NCBI GenBank assembly: GCA_964585545.1
Contig: CAZPDT010000016.1
Coordinates: forward strand, 17,845-81,844
Reading direction: 5' to 3'
DNA length: 64,000 nucleotides
DNA from: an uncultured Fluviicola sp.
Lineage (GTDB): Bacteria > Bacteroidota > Bacteroidia > Flavobacteriales_D > Crocinitomicaceae
Each line of letters begins with the position of its first letter. Position 1 is the first letter of the stretch. A program made the translations under genes and the position numbers. A model generated the notes under the pieces. It was not told the DNA's origin. It did no database searches and saw nothing but the letters and a program-made list of their open reading frames with translations. This document shows, in pieces, positions 1 through 10,466 of this stretch.

Positions 1-186
1 GTTAACAGAAACCATTGCATCTGTACGTCCTGATGCCAACACTTTGTTTTCACCATCGGGATGAACCCAGTTGAGTGTTTTTAAAATTACCTTTTGTACC
101 GTAATTACATCGGGTTGTTTTTGCCATCCGTGATACCGAAAACCTAAATACTGGATTTCCATTAAATAATAAAAACGCTTCTTCAT
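1..186 (-). CDS. truA: tRNA pseudouridine synthase A, N-terminal 62 codons (gene runs off the left edge)
   Basis: Reverse translation from the ATG at 186 gives MKKRFYYLMEIQYLGFRYHGWQKQPDVITVQ...ASGRTDAMVSVN. This fits the TruA N-terminal pattern, including the GRTD catalytic-Asp motif. Confidence 0.6.
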   Translation of the reverse strand, partial: MKKRFYYLMEIQYLGFRYHGWQKQPDVITVQKVILKTLNWVHPDGENKVLASGRTDAMVSVN

Positions 187-423
187 TGTGGGTTCGAAGA
201 TAATAAAAGCAGTTTTATAAACTTAAGGAGAAGAGGTTAAAATGTTTTAATATTATGAAACCTAAATGCCTTTACAGCTCTGATATTTATGGACGTTTTA
301 TCATTTCGAGCCAAAGCTTCTACTGAAAAAGATCATTTTAGAAAATGTCCTGTTTTTGTCCTGTTCCTTTTCACCACATTGGCTGAAATGTATTGTATTT
401 TTGATTTTTAAATAAATTAAACT

Positions 424-2367
424 ATGAAGTCAGGAACAAAATTATCAATCGCACTCTTGTTTATCATTGGTCTTTCCAATTTTACCTATTCAGCATCTGG
501 AGACACCACTACAATTACTGTATTTCAAAATTTAGACATCAATCACTATGGTGCATTTGATACCTCTGTGGTTTTTCCTCCTTCAACCAAAAATTTCCAA
601 AAGGTGCGTTTATTATATACCTTAGGAAGAAGAAGTTGTTCTGGAGAACAATATTGCGGTTCTTGGGATTATACCACCAGCGTTTATGCTAAATCAGCAG
701 CAACAAACGGAGACAGCTTAGAATTGATGCGTGTAATTACTCCTTATGCTTCAGATTGGCCATTAAGCAGAACCTTTACCTATTCCGAGGAAGTAACTGA
801 CTACACTTCTGTGCTGCATAACAACGTAGATTTTACCTATTTTTATGAAGGCTACTCATGGGGTTTTACCTTAACGCTTCAAGTAGAAATGATAGAAGGA
901 GAAGCGCCAAGAAAAGCTGTTTCTGTAGAAAACATTTATGACGGCCATTATAAGTATGGTGTTACAGCCGACCCTATAGAAAATCATTTATCGGATCAAA
1001 CAAAAAGTTATGCCGCACCAGCAACAACAGCACGCATAAAAAATATCATTTCAGGACATGGCTCCGACAATACAGGATGTGGAGAATTTTGCAGTAAATG
1101 GTACCGTCAAAAAATTGATGGAAATCAAATTGCCCAGCATCAATTGTGGAAATCAGATTGCGGTTTGAATGAACTTTACCCACAAACAGGGACTTGGTTG
1201 TTTGAACGTGCCAATTGGTGTCCAGGAGAGCAAGTTTTTCCCATTTATCATGATTTATCAAGTTCTACAACAGCAGGTACAAATTTTACTGCGAATATCG
1301 ATATGCAGCCCTATACTTCATCGGGTGGGGCAACATATTACATCACCTCTCAGTTAATTGCCTATGAGGATCCCACCTATCAATTGGATGCAGCAATAAC
1401 GGGAATTATAGCACCAAATAACGATGAAAATCACAACCGCTATAATCCCGTTTGCTCCCATCCTATTATTAAAATCAGAAATGAGGGAGCAGATAATTTA
1501 ACTTCTTTAAAAATTGCTTATCGATTAAAAGGAGGACAGAATGCGTATTTCGACTGGACAGGAAACTTAGCTTTTATGGAAGAAGAAGTGGTAAATCTAG
1601 GAGCCGGATTACAGGTGTTTAATGAAAATACTTCTGAGGAATTTATTGCTGAAATAGTAGAAATAAATGGACAAAGTTCGGATGAAACCGACTGGAATAA
1701 TAGCTACCGTACTGCATTTGAGAGCGTGCCAGAATATCCTTCTACCTTTGAAATATTTTTCCGCACAAATGGTTCAGTCGATCCCCAGAACGCGCCTTAT
1801 AGTGAAACTTCTTGGAAGGTATTGGATGAATCTGGTAATGTGGTTGCAAGTCGAGAAAACAGTCAAACCAAAACCACATATAGAGATACTTTAAACCTTG
1901 CTGACGGTTGTTATACATTTGTGATGGACGATGCTGGATGTGACGGAATTTCTTGGTGGTATTACTCCAATTACAACCCAAATCCTGGAAGTGGAACATT
2001 AAAGTTTCTCAAATCTGGAGGAGCCGGTACATTAAAAACATTTAATGGAGATTTTGGTTGTCAAATTAAACAAAGATTTACCGTAGGGTATAAATTATCC
2101 ACTCAGAAGATTGACCTTCCTCAATTGGATTTTAAATTGTATCCCAATCCTGCAAAAGATGAAATCAACTTGGCATTTTCTTCCAATATACAATCTGTAT
2201 CTTATGCTATTTTTGATGTACAAGGAAATACCATTCAGGATAAAAACATAGTTATGGAGGGGAAAGAGCTCAACATCAATATTCAGACATTAGACAAAGG
2301 AATGTATTTTATTCGATGTGAAAATGGAGGACAACAATCTCTAATTAAAAAGTTCTTAATTCAATAA
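424..2367 (+). CDS. Secreted peptide-N-glycosidase F-like protein with a T9SS (Por_Secre_tail) C-terminal sorting domain
   Basis: It has a signal peptide. Blocks CGSWDYTTSVYA, MRVITPY and ISGHGSDNTGCGEFC...HQLWKSDCG...ANWCPGEQV parallel the PNGase F blocks CDEWDRYANVYV, GRFITPY and ISGWGHA..GCAEWC..HQLGALGC..AGWCPG. The C-terminus LYPNPAKDEINL...GMYFIRC...KFLIQ is a typical T9SS CTD. Confidence 0.7.
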   Translation: MKSGTKLSIALLFIIGLSNFTYSASGDTTTITVFQNLDINHYGAFDTSVVFPPSTKNFQKVRLLYTLGRRSCSGEQYCGSWDYTTSVYAKSAATNGDSLELMRVITPYASDWPLSRTFTYSEEVTDYTSVLHNNVDFTYFYEGYSWGFTLTLQVEMIEGEAPRKAVSVENIYDGHYKYGVTADPIENHLSDQTKSYAAPATTARIKNIISGHGSDNTGCGEFCSKWYRQKIDGNQIAQHQLWKSDCGLNELYPQTGTWLFERANWCPGEQVFPIYHDLSSSTTAGTNFTANIDMQPYTSSGGATYYITSQLIAYEDPTYQLDAAITGIIAPNNDENHNRYNPVCSHPIIKIRNEGADNLTSLKIAYRLKGGQNAYFDWTGNLAFMEEEVVNLGAGLQVFNENTSEEFIAEIVEINGQSSDETDWNNSYRTAFESVPEYPSTFEIFFRTNGSVDPQNAPYSETSWKVLDESGNVVASRENSQTKTTYRDTLNLADGCYTFVMDDAGCDGISWWYYSNYNPNPGSGTLKFLKSGGAGTLKTFNGDFGCQIKQRFTVGYKLSTQKIDLPQLDFKLYPNPAKDEINLAFSSNIQSVSYAIFDVQGNTIQDKNIVMEGKELNINIQTLDKGMYFIRCENGGQQSLIKKFLIQ

Positions 2368-2585
2368 TAAAGACAAAACTTTATAGTACTCACATTATTT
2401 TTATGAATTTCTAGTGAAAGATAGATATTTCATCGTTCTTACATCGTAGATGACACGGTGTTTTTAGTTAGAGAGAAAAAAGAGGAATGAGTTGGGATAC
2501 GTTCCGTCGATAAAAAAACCAGGTAATTTTGATTAGGTGAAAATAATGTTGCATTTTTACCCTATCAATAAAGCAAATAAAGAAG

Positions 2586-4226
2586 TTGAGAGCAAATGCC
2601 TTCATTATCTATTTAATGACTGTTTTTACAGGATTGGTGTCTTCTGTTGGGTTCACTCAAGAAAAACACAACGCCCATAATTTAGATTCCCTTTACAAGA
2701 ATGAAAAGGGGTCTGATCCATACAATCAGTTTCTTAAATTTTTTAAAAAATGGGACATTGGGGACTTTAATGATAAAGAAGCTTATATCCATTTTATTGT
2801 AGGCAAAGGAGAAGAATTGAAGTCCGAAAAAACGGTTGACTATGCAAAAATATGTTTTCAAATTGCCACTCTATTGGACAACAATAATAAACCCTATAAA
2901 GCGTATGAATTTTTAGACAAAACAAGCATTGCCCTACAGAATAGAGACCTCTCGAAAGTCGACTTTGCTTCGTCTTTTTATAAACTAAAAGGTGCTATTT
3001 ATTATAATTTTAAACGATTGGATAAATCAAAGGCCGCTTTTATAAAAGCGATACAACTGAATACTCTTGAAAGCAAATCAGAGATTGATGCTTACAATAC
3101 TTTAGGTCTAATCTATAGAGATAAAATATTCATTGACTCCTCTATATATTATTTTAATATAGCACTTGACTTGGCCAATGAAAGTGACAATGCCAATTGG
3201 AAGGGCATTATTATTGGGAACCTGGGTTACTCTTATTACCTAAAACACAACTTAGAGAAAGCAAAACAATACTTAAAGATTGATCAGCGCTTGAGTCTGC
3301 TCAATCACGAAAATGAAAGTGCATTAAGTGCAACCTCCATTTTAGTTGAGATAGAACTTAAACGGAAAGCGTACGATGAACTAAAAAAGAACATAACACT
3401 TATGGACTCCCTGAATACACTTGTTCACAATTATGCAAGTAAACAGACTTATTATCGTGTCAAAACGATGTATTGGGAGTACTTGGGAGAATATCAAAAA
3501 GCATACAACAGTATTCTAAAAAGTGAGCAATACAAAGATTCTATAAATGCAAAACACAACCAATCTGACTTTCAAAATATGGAGTTTCAGATTAACTTCC
3601 AAAAGAAAAATGCCGAGACCCAATTATTAATAGAACAGGAGAAGAGAGCTAAACAATTCTACTACAGTGCTATAATTATTTTATCACTTTTCATTCTTAC
3701 AGGTATTGTGTTTATTTATCAATTGCGAAAAAGAAGAGCAAACGAACGAAAGGTACTCCATCTGAAAAATGAAAAAATACAGTATGAATTAGAAACAAAT
3801 AAAAAAGAATTGAATCAGTTGCTCAAAAGTTTAGCTCAGAAAAATGAAATTATCAATACTTTAAATGGCGAAATAAAAAGCAAAGAAAATTTAGAGGAAA
3901 CAAAAACCCTACAAAAAGAAAAACAAATACTGCACAGTAAGATACAGTCATTCTCCCTTTTAACAGAAAATGATTTAGTTGAATTTAAAACTATTTTTAA
4001 CAAAATTCACCCTGGGTTCTACGATGTTATTAAAAGTCAATACCCTAACTTATCAAAATCTGAAACACGTTTAACAATGCTTATCCGTCTGGGATTATCA
4101 ACTTTTGAAATGTCGAAAATATTAGGAATTTCAGAAGATTCTGTCCGAAAAACCAATTTCAGACTGCGTAAAAGACTATCCATAAACTCGACCGACGAAC
4201 TTGAAGCATTTATTCGAGAGGTATAA
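2586..4226 (+). CDS. TPR-repeat, single-TM protein with a C-terminal LuxR/GerE-type HTH (membrane-anchored regulator)
   Basis: TTG start. The N-terminal half is TPR-like, followed by a TM helix (FYYSAIIILSLFILTGIVFIY) and a coiled coil. The C-terminal SKSETRLTMLIRLGLSTFEMSKILGISEDSVRKTNFRLRKRL is a LuxR-type HTH. Confidence 0.6.
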   Translation: MRANAFIIYLMTVFTGLVSSVGFTQEKHNAHNLDSLYKNEKGSDPYNQFLKFFKKWDIGDFNDKEAYIHFIVGKGEELKSEKTVDYAKICFQIATLLDNNNKPYKAYEFLDKTSIALQNRDLSKVDFASSFYKLKGAIYYNFKRLDKSKAAFIKAIQLNTLESKSEIDAYNTLGLIYRDKIFIDSSIYYFNIALDLANESDNANWKGIIIGNLGYSYYLKHNLEKAKQYLKIDQRLSLLNHENESALSATSILVEIELKRKAYDELKKNITLMDSLNTLVHNYASKQTYYRVKTMYWEYLGEYQKAYNSILKSEQYKDSINAKHNQSDFQNMEFQINFQKKNAETQLLIEQEKRAKQFYYSAIIILSLFILTGIVFIYQLRKRRANERKVLHLKNEKIQYELETNKKELNQLLKSLAQKNEIINTLNGEIKSKENLEETKTLQKEKQILHSKIQSFSLLTENDLVEFKTIFNKIHPGFYDVIKSQYPNLSKSETRLTMLIRLGLSTFEMSKILGISEDSVRKTNFRLRKRLSINSTDELEAFIREV

Positions 4227-4344
4227 TCTCGCCCGAATTATTTTAGATGGCAGATTTTAGATTTTTGAATACATCGGGTTAATAATGTGGGGTGCCCCTG
4301 AATTGCTCTTGAACAATAGGATTTTACTGATAAATTTGGCCAAT

Positions 4345-4378
4345 AAAAAAAGCAGCTCTATATAGAACTGCTTTTTTA
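4345..4378. terminator. Bidirectional rho-independent terminator between convergent genes
   Basis: AAAAAAAGCAGCTCTATATAGAACTGCTTTTTT forms an AGCAG/CTGCT stem flanked by an A-run and a T-run. Confidence 0.55.
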
Positions 4379-4390
4379 CTTTATTGAAAG

Positions 4391-4436
4391 TATTTTAGTT
4401 TAACCCGAACTATTGCTCAACGCAATTAATAGCTCG
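4391..4436 (-). repeat. Short member of a three-copy intergenic repeat family (see 14955-15023 and 21233-21300)
   Basis: TATTTTAG...GCTCAACGCAATTAATAGCTCGG matches the two ends of the copy at 14955-15023 (CATTTTAG...GCTCAACGCAGTTAATAGTTCGGG). It folds as CCGAACTATT/AATAGCTCGG. Confidence 0.6.
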
Positions 4437-4446
4437 GATAACTAGG

Positions 4447-7400
4447 TTAATTGACAACTATCTTTTTAACAATCTGTCCTTTTTCAGTAGATAGGCGGAT
4501 AAAATAAGTTCCTTTTGCTACTGATGAGACATTGAGTTTTACAGTGTGACTATTAACTGAGTTGATTCCTACAGCAATATTTTGTCCTTCTAAAGAAAGA
4601 ATTTGAACGGATTCAATACTGTTGTTTTCACCAACACCAACTTGAATGTATTCTGAAGCAGGGTTGGGAGCAATGGTCACTGTATTCAAATCATTCTCTG
4701 CAAGCCCTAGACATTCATCTACCGTGATATCAATTGTTGCTGAATTTTCACATCCATTACCATCTGTATAAGTGTAGGTAATTGTATGGGTTCCTTCTCC
4801 AGCTGCGGCAGGGTCAAAGTCATAACCCGTCATTCCAGGACCTGTAAATACACCTCCTTGTGGAGTTCCTGTTAAACCAATTGCGTCATAATAAACACAT
4901 GTTGTTTGATCTTGACCTGCATCCACATTTGGCAGAGGGTTAACCGTAACCACAACATCATCTGTTGCAGTACATCCATTATCATCTGCAGTTACAGTAT
5001 AAGTAGCTGTAGTATTTGGAGCGAATGCAACACCATTGTTTACATTATTGTCCCAAGAAATTGTTCCATTCGTTGCTGTAGCAGTTAATGTAACACTTTC
5101 TCCTTGACAAATTACTTGATCTGGTCCTGCATTTACAGTAGGATTAGCTGATACTGTTACTGTAACTTGGTCTGTTGATTCACAGCCATTCGTTGCAGTT
5201 CCTGTTACCTCATAAGTTGTTGTTCCAACAGTTGGAGTAAAAGGAGTTCCTTGTGTTATTCCATTGTCCCAAGAATAACTGTCAGCATCTCCTGTTGCTG
5301 TTATTGTAACATCTGTTCCCTCACAAATATTTTGATCTTGACCAGCATTTACAACTGGAGAAGCGTTAACCGTAACCACAACATCATCTGTTGCCGTACA
5401 TCCATTGTCATCTGTAGTCACTGTATACGTTGTTGTTTGGGTTGGTACAAATGCAACACCATCGTTTACATTATTGTCCCAAGTAACAGTGCCTGCAGAT
5501 GCGGTTGCTGTTAATGTAACGCTTTCTCCAGCACAAATGGTTTGGTCTAGACCTGCATCTACTGTAGGAGTTGCAGAGACAGTAACGGTAACTTGATCTG
5601 TTGATTCACATCCATTCGCTGCGGTTCCTACTACTGTATAGGTTACTGCTCCTACACTTGGTGTAAAAGCAACGCCATCGGTTACACTATTGTCCCAGGA
5701 ATACGTATTTGCATCACCGGCTCCAGTTAATGTAACATTGGTTCCTTCACAAACGTCTTGATCTTGACCAGCATTTACTACAGGAGAAGCAAGTACTGTA
5801 ATGTCAAATGTTTCAATTACTTGAGGGCAAGCTCCAGAAGCAGCAATTGTATTTGTAACAGTATATACACCATCAGAACTGGATGTTAAATCTATGTTTC
5901 CACTTCCTGTAATAGACAATCCTTGTGTTGATGAAAAAGTACCTGCACTTCCTCCTCCTGAAAAATCAGGTGAAATAGTTCCATCATTCTGACAATATGT
6001 TGTATTAGGATATACAAAAGAAGCATCAGGAGAACTGGTAATTGTGATGGTTTGTGTCTCTGTTGCGGGACATGTTCCATTGGTTGTATAAGTTACATCA
6101 TATATGCCTGCAGAACTTGAAGACATATTGATTTCTCCAGTTGCTGAATTGATTGTTAGTCCTGATTGGGCAACCGTGAATGTTCCTCCCGAAGTATTAA
6201 CTGTCGGTGTTTCATTCGATCCGCCAAGGCAAATAGTATTGGTAGAGTATGAAAACCCTGCATCATCAAGTGGATCAATTGTTATACTTTGAGTTTGAGC
6301 ATCACTACATGTTCCATTTGTTGTGTATGTTACATCATACGTTCCTGCGAAACTTGAAGATACATTAATTTCTCCAGTAGAAGAATTGATGCTTAAACCT
6401 GATTGGGCAACCGTGAATGTTCCTCCTGGCGTATTAATTGTCGGCGTTTCATTTGCTGATCCCATACAAATTGAAGTGTTGGAATATACAAATCCTGCAT
6501 CGTCAACCGGATTCACAACAACATCAACTGTTTGCGCATCAGTACAGCCGTTACCATCTGTAAGTACAGCATTATAAGTTGTGGTTGTTGTTGGTGAAAC
6601 ATTAATTGAAGTACCCGTTCCTATTGAAGTTGATCCATCAAACCATTCGATAGAACCATTCCCTGATGCAGTAATTGTAGCGTTATCTCCAGCACAAATT
6701 GTTTGATTACTGCCTACTGTTATTGCTTCAGGAGGGGTATTATTAATATTAACTACCTGAGTAAAAGTACAACCGTTTCCTGGCGAGGTAACTTCAATAT
6801 TATATGTTCCTGAGGCTAAACCAATAAAACTCCCTGAAGGTTGTGTCGTTGCTCCTCCATCAATTGAATACAAATATGTTCCATCTCCTCCAGAGGCAGT
6901 AATTGTTAGTTCTCCGTTAGCATCGCCACAAGTTGCATTCGTTATACTCACTGTTGCAGTAACATCTGGATTAACCGTTACTGGAGAATAAACTCCTCTT
7001 GTAACACAAGCTCCATCTGTCCATAAGTAGATTCTTTGGTTAGAAGGATTTGAAGTTGTCGGATTTAATGTTCCATTTACACCAAAATCGTCTGTATATA
7101 TTTGGGTTGCAGGATCATCCGTCAACCACCACTCATAAACATCAACATCACCGGTGGTTGAAGAGGCATCTAACCCTGTAAAGCTACCACTTAAACAAGC
7201 CACAGCATTGTCGCCTGTAAAATTGGGAACGGGAATTGTACCTGTTGAAGTGAGAACATCAAATGCAAATGCGATATTAGCTGGGTTTCCACCAAGTGCT
7301 ACCCATCCACTAACATCATCCCAACCCTCAAAAGAACCTGAACCTCCACCAACAGTCGAGGCATAAACTTTAGTGAAATTTACTGACGGTTGTGTACCTA

Positions 7401-7890
7401 GTAAACCAAATAAATCTTGAGGATAATTAGTATATGACAGTTTATATCCAACATAAAAACTCCCTGATACATTCACAGGGGTAGTAAACTCAACAGTATT
7501 CCAATAGCCTTCATCCAAATCATCATAATTAACAATTTGAGAACCTATAACAGCACCTGGTTCAGTTCCAGCATCGTTATAAACTTGAATTGTTAAAGTG
7601 GCAGAACCAGAAGTGTTTTGAACTTTCCATGGTGCCAAACGAACAGCTCTAACTTCAGTTGCAGAAGATACTGTATATTTTTCAGCCCACTCATCCATAT
7701 TGTAAGTATCAACTTGGTCTGCACCAGTCATATTTCCTAGCACTAAATTTGTTGGATCAATCGAAAATTGATAAAGCGGATCTGATGGACTATAATTCCT
7801 CAACGTATCACAACTCTGTCCAAAAACGACAGATGTTGTGAGGATGCCAACCGCCAAAAGAAGGGCTGACAAGGCATTTCTTGTTTTCAT
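4447..7890 (-). CDS. Large secreted repeat adhesin-like protein with a T9SS C-terminal sorting domain
   Basis: 1147 aa with a signal peptide. It is rich in T, G, N and V and built from Ig-like modules, each with a conserved Cys pair. Two internal tandem duplications are present. The C-terminus IAPNPASEYIQV...GTYFIRLSTEKGQIVKKIVVN is a T9SS CTD. Confidence 0.75.
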   Translation of the reverse strand: MKTRNALSALLLAVGILTTSVVFGQSCDTLRNYSPSDPLYQFSIDPTNLVLGNMTGADQVDTYNMDEWAEKYTVSSATEVRAVRLAPWKVQNTSGSATLTIQVYNDAGTEPGAVIGSQIVNYDDLDEGYWNTVEFTTPVNVSGSFYVGYKLSYTNYPQDLFGLLGTQPSVNFTKVYASTVGGGSGSFEGWDDVSGWVALGGNPANIAFAFDVLTSTGTIPVPNFTGDNAVACLSGSFTGLDASSTTGDVDVYEWWLTDDPATQIYTDDFGVNGTLNPTTSNPSNQRIYLWTDGACVTRGVYSPVTVNPDVTATVSITNATCGDANGELTITASGGDGTYLYSIDGGATTQPSGSFIGLASGTYNIEVTSPGNGCTFTQVVNINNTPPEAITVGSNQTICAGDNATITASGNGSIEWFDGSTSIGTGTSINVSPTTTTTYNAVLTDGNGCTDAQTVDVVVNPVDDAGFVYSNTSICMGSANETPTINTPGGTFTVAQSGLSINSSTGEINVSSSFAGTYDVTYTTNGTCSDAQTQSITIDPLDDAGFSYSTNTICLGGSNETPTVNTSGGTFTVAQSGLTINSATGEINMSSSSAGIYDVTYTTNGTCPATETQTITITSSPDASFVYPNTTYCQNDGTISPDFSGGGSAGTFSSTQGLSITGSGNIDLTSSSDGVYTVTNTIAASGACPQVIETFDITVLASPVVNAGQDQDVCEGTNVTLTGAGDANTYSWDNSVTDGVAFTPSVGAVTYTVVGTAANGCESTDQVTVTVSATPTVDAGLDQTICAGESVTLTATASAGTVTWDNNVNDGVAFVPTQTTTYTVTTDDNGCTATDDVVVTVNASPVVNAGQDQNICEGTDVTITATGDADSYSWDNGITQGTPFTPTVGTTTYEVTGTATNGCESTDQVTVTVSANPTVNAGPDQVICQGESVTLTATATNGTISWDNNVNNGVAFAPNTTATYTVTADDNGCTATDDVVVTVNPLPNVDAGQDQTTCVYYDAIGLTGTPQGGVFTGPGMTGYDFDPAAAGEGTHTITYTYTDGNGCENSATIDITVDECLGLAENDLNTVTIAPNPASEYIQVGVGENNSIESVQILSLEGQNIAVGINSVNSHTVKLNVSSVAKGTYFIRLSTEKGQIVKKIVVN

Positions 7891-7916
7891 AATATTAAGC
7901 TTTTAATTGTAAGTTT

Positions 7917-8195
7917 TTAATTTTCTTCACGTTTTGCTTCTTGGGCATCCCTATTAATAGGTTCTGCTTTTTTCAGCTTTTGTGCGGGTTTTATTGCTTT
8001 TGCCTTTCGGGCTTTTACAGTTTTTAACTCTGCTTTCGCTCTTTGTTTTTCAGGCGTAGCCTCTTGTTTCTCAAGTTTTGCAGGCTTCACATTTTCTTGT
8101 GATGAAGTTGCTTTAGTGTTTTCTTGGACTTGTCCAAAAGAAGGTGCTGCTAAAAATAAAACAAATACACCTAAAACGAATATTGACTTTTTCAT
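7917..8195 (-). CDS. Small secreted Lys/Ala/Glu-rich protein
   Basis: The ATG at 8195 gives MKKSIFVLGVFVLFLAAPSFGQ (signal peptide) followed by a low-complexity KAEKQ-rich tail. The upstream extension in the ORF track is unlikely to be real. Confidence 0.45.
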   Translation of the reverse strand: MKKSIFVLGVFVLFLAAPSFGQVQENTKATSSQENVKPAKLEKQEATPEKQRAKAELKTVKARKAKAIKPAQKLKKAEPINRDAQEAKREEN

Positions 8196-8567
8196 AATAT
8201 AATGTTCTTTAATTTGGTGACAAATATATATATATTTCGATGAAACGCCAAAAAACAACCATTAAAATAAGTATATGACATTTAAACATTACCCTATTGC
8301 AGCGATAGGGTTGGTTTATCTTTTATATAGCTTACCGAAGGAGTGGATTTAGAATACGAAACTTTCCTCCAGACATCAACCTGTGTCAGAATCTTTTTTC
8401 AAGTTTTTACCAAAAAACTCTAAAACGGACTTTTTGTAGGATGGTTGGACGTGGTGGTTGAGCGTATTGTTTGGGCGCAAGGGAACGCCGATAACGCTGA
8501 TCTACGAACACAGATTTATTGCGGATAAGTGAGGAACAAGACGGGATTTATTACGCTATAATGCAAA

Positions 8568-10466
8568 CTATTCTCCCCAAAATTGCCATTTTAGTCCCAC
8601 ACTCATCCATCTCCCAGGGAGCGGAAAAGCACCTGCTTCTATATAGGTTATGTTGGTGAGGTTATTTGCTGTAATATTGACCTCAAAATCACCCCACTGC
8701 CCTGCTACTTTTGCATCTACAATAAAATAATCTTTATAGTTAACCCGTTGGTCATAACGCCCGGTCAATCCGACGTTATAATGTTTCAAGAAACCTAAAT
8801 TTATGCGTGCAACCAACTGGTTCTTTAAATTTTCTAAAGCATAATGCGAAAAGGAGAATTCGTCATCTGTCTGTTTCTGAATTTTTGGATTGAGCCATGT
8901 ATAGGAAAGTCCAGCCAAAACAGATAGCCCCTTAGCGTTCTTTGGTTTTAACAAACGATAATCAGCAGAGAAAGAAATGCCAGTAGTTTTGACTTTTTGG
9001 AAGTTATGTGTTTGCCAGGGAGCAGCAATACTGTCTTTTACCCAATCGATCATATTGTTGGTTATTCGGTAGAAAAAACTGGCAGAAACCTTTAACCCCT
9101 TCTTGTCTAGTTTTACACCACCTTCTGTATGGAACGCATTTTCGGGTTCTAGTTGACTATTCCCGATATTGTTCGGACCTTTGTAATACCAATCCGTATA
9201 AGTTGGTACTCGTGTCCCAGTTCCAGCATTGGCAAAGAGACGCCAACTCGGTGCCAATTGATAACCCAAATCAATAGAAGGAAGCACTTGCCAATCAAAA
9301 AATTGACTGTAATTCAAATAGGCTCCAATATTGATGTTTAAATTTTTTACTTTGCTAAATGAATACTCGGCATAAAGACCATAATTGTCTCTGTTCCATT
9401 CGCCAAGACTATTGCTGTTAATCCATTCATTTCTGTATTCTATACCAATCCCAACAATTCCAATTGCAGTATGAATGCTGTTGTTAACTTCAACATCTAT
9501 GACATTTGTTGTATGAAGATTTTGATAGATTGAAGGATCTTGTCGTACAAAAACATAATCATCATAATTGTATCGATAGCTTATTGAGGGTTTTATTTTC
9601 CATACCTTATTGACCCTAAAGCTACCTTGTAAAGCAGCAATGCCTGTATTGAGTTTCTCTTCAGATTCTACATCTGCTGGTGCTGCATAAAAGCCATTGG
9701 CACCAAACGCATTGTAAACAAAGCCTCCAGTAAATTGTAAGACACCCTGTTCTCCCAACTTAAACTGATTTTGGTAAAACAGTTTGTTGTTATTCATTGC
9801 AGTATTGTAGCGATAACCCGAAGATTGAAGAGTGCTTAAAGAAATAAAATGTTTTGAGTTTTTGGTGGCTAAGCTGGCAGACAAGTTGACTCCCATAGCT
9901 CCATATAAAGCATTATTGCTGGTGTCTTTTTCAAAAGAACTCCCTCCGTTAAGGCGTACAATAAGGCCGCTTTTGCTGGGTTGTTTTGTCACAATGTTAA
10001 CCACACCATTTAACGCATTAATTCCATATTTGCTAGCTGCAGCGCCTTTCATGATTTCAATTCTTTCTATAGCATCGGTTGTAACGGGAAGATTGAGCAT
10101 ATTGTGCCCTGTCTGAGGGTCAATAATTTTTACACCATTGAGTAAAATCAAAGTTTGATCAAATGTTCCACCATTGATGCTGATATCAGCTTGCCCTCCC
10201 CACGGACTGCGTTGGCGGATATCTACACCTGAAACAAAACCCAACAATTCATTAAGCGAATTTACAGGTAGCGTTTCAATTACCTTTGCGTCTAAAACAA
10301 CAATGTCTCGATTCTCTTCTGAAAATGGAATCTGAATTCTATTTCCCTGAATAACAACTTCTTCAAATATCGTATTTTGGGATTTGTTAACAATACTGTC
10401 TTGTGCAATTGTAAATTTTGAGGCAACAACAGTCAACAACAAAGCAAGCAAGATTTTCATGTCCAT
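8568..10466 (-). CDS. TonB-dependent outer-membrane receptor
   Basis: Signal peptide, plug-domain motifs (VVIQGNR, DIVVLD...LPVNSLNELLGFVSGVDIRQR, INGG..DQTLILLNGVKI) and a C-terminal beta-barrel ending in W-x-F. The first ATG is at 10466; the TTG at 10487 in the track is less likely. Confidence 0.8.
   Translation of the reverse strand: MDMKILLALLLTVVASKFTIAQDSIVNKSQNTIFEEVVIQGNRIQIPFSEENRDIVVLDAKVIETLPVNSLNELLGFVSGVDIRQRSPWGGQADISINGGTFDQTLILLNGVKIIDPQTGHNMLNLPVTTDAIERIEIMKGAAASKYGINALNGVVNIVTKQPSKSGLIVRLNGGSSFEKDTSNNALYGAMGVNLSASLATKNSKHFISLSTLQSSGYRYNTAMNNNKLFYQNQFKLGEQGVLQFTGGFVYNAFGANGFYAAPADVESEEKLNTGIAALQGSFRVNKVWKIKPSISYRYNYDDYVFVRQDPSIYQNLHTTNVIDVEVNNSIHTAIGIVGIGIEYRNEWINSNSLGEWNRDNYGLYAEYSFSKVKNLNINIGAYLNYSQFFDWQVLPSIDLGYQLAPSWRLFANAGTGTRVPTYTDWYYKGPNNIGNSQLEPENAFHTEGGVKLDKKGLKVSASFFYRITNNMIDWVKDSIAAPWQTHNFQKVKTTGISFSADYRLLKPKNAKGLSVLAGLSYTWLNPKIQKQTDDEFSFSHYALENLKNQLVARINLGFLKHYNVGLTGRYDQRVNYKDYFIVDAKVAGQWGDFEVNITANNLTNITYIEAGAFPLPGRWMSVGLKWQFWGE

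Noticed and set aside
4906-7366. Plus-strand ORFs of 60-87 aa (4906-5088, 5251-5514, 5405-5596, 6104-6292, 6323-6577, 7154-7366).
   Set aside because: They lie entirely antisense to the 1147-aa adhesin gene. They are compositional shadow ORFs of a repetitive T/G/N/V-rich coding sequence.
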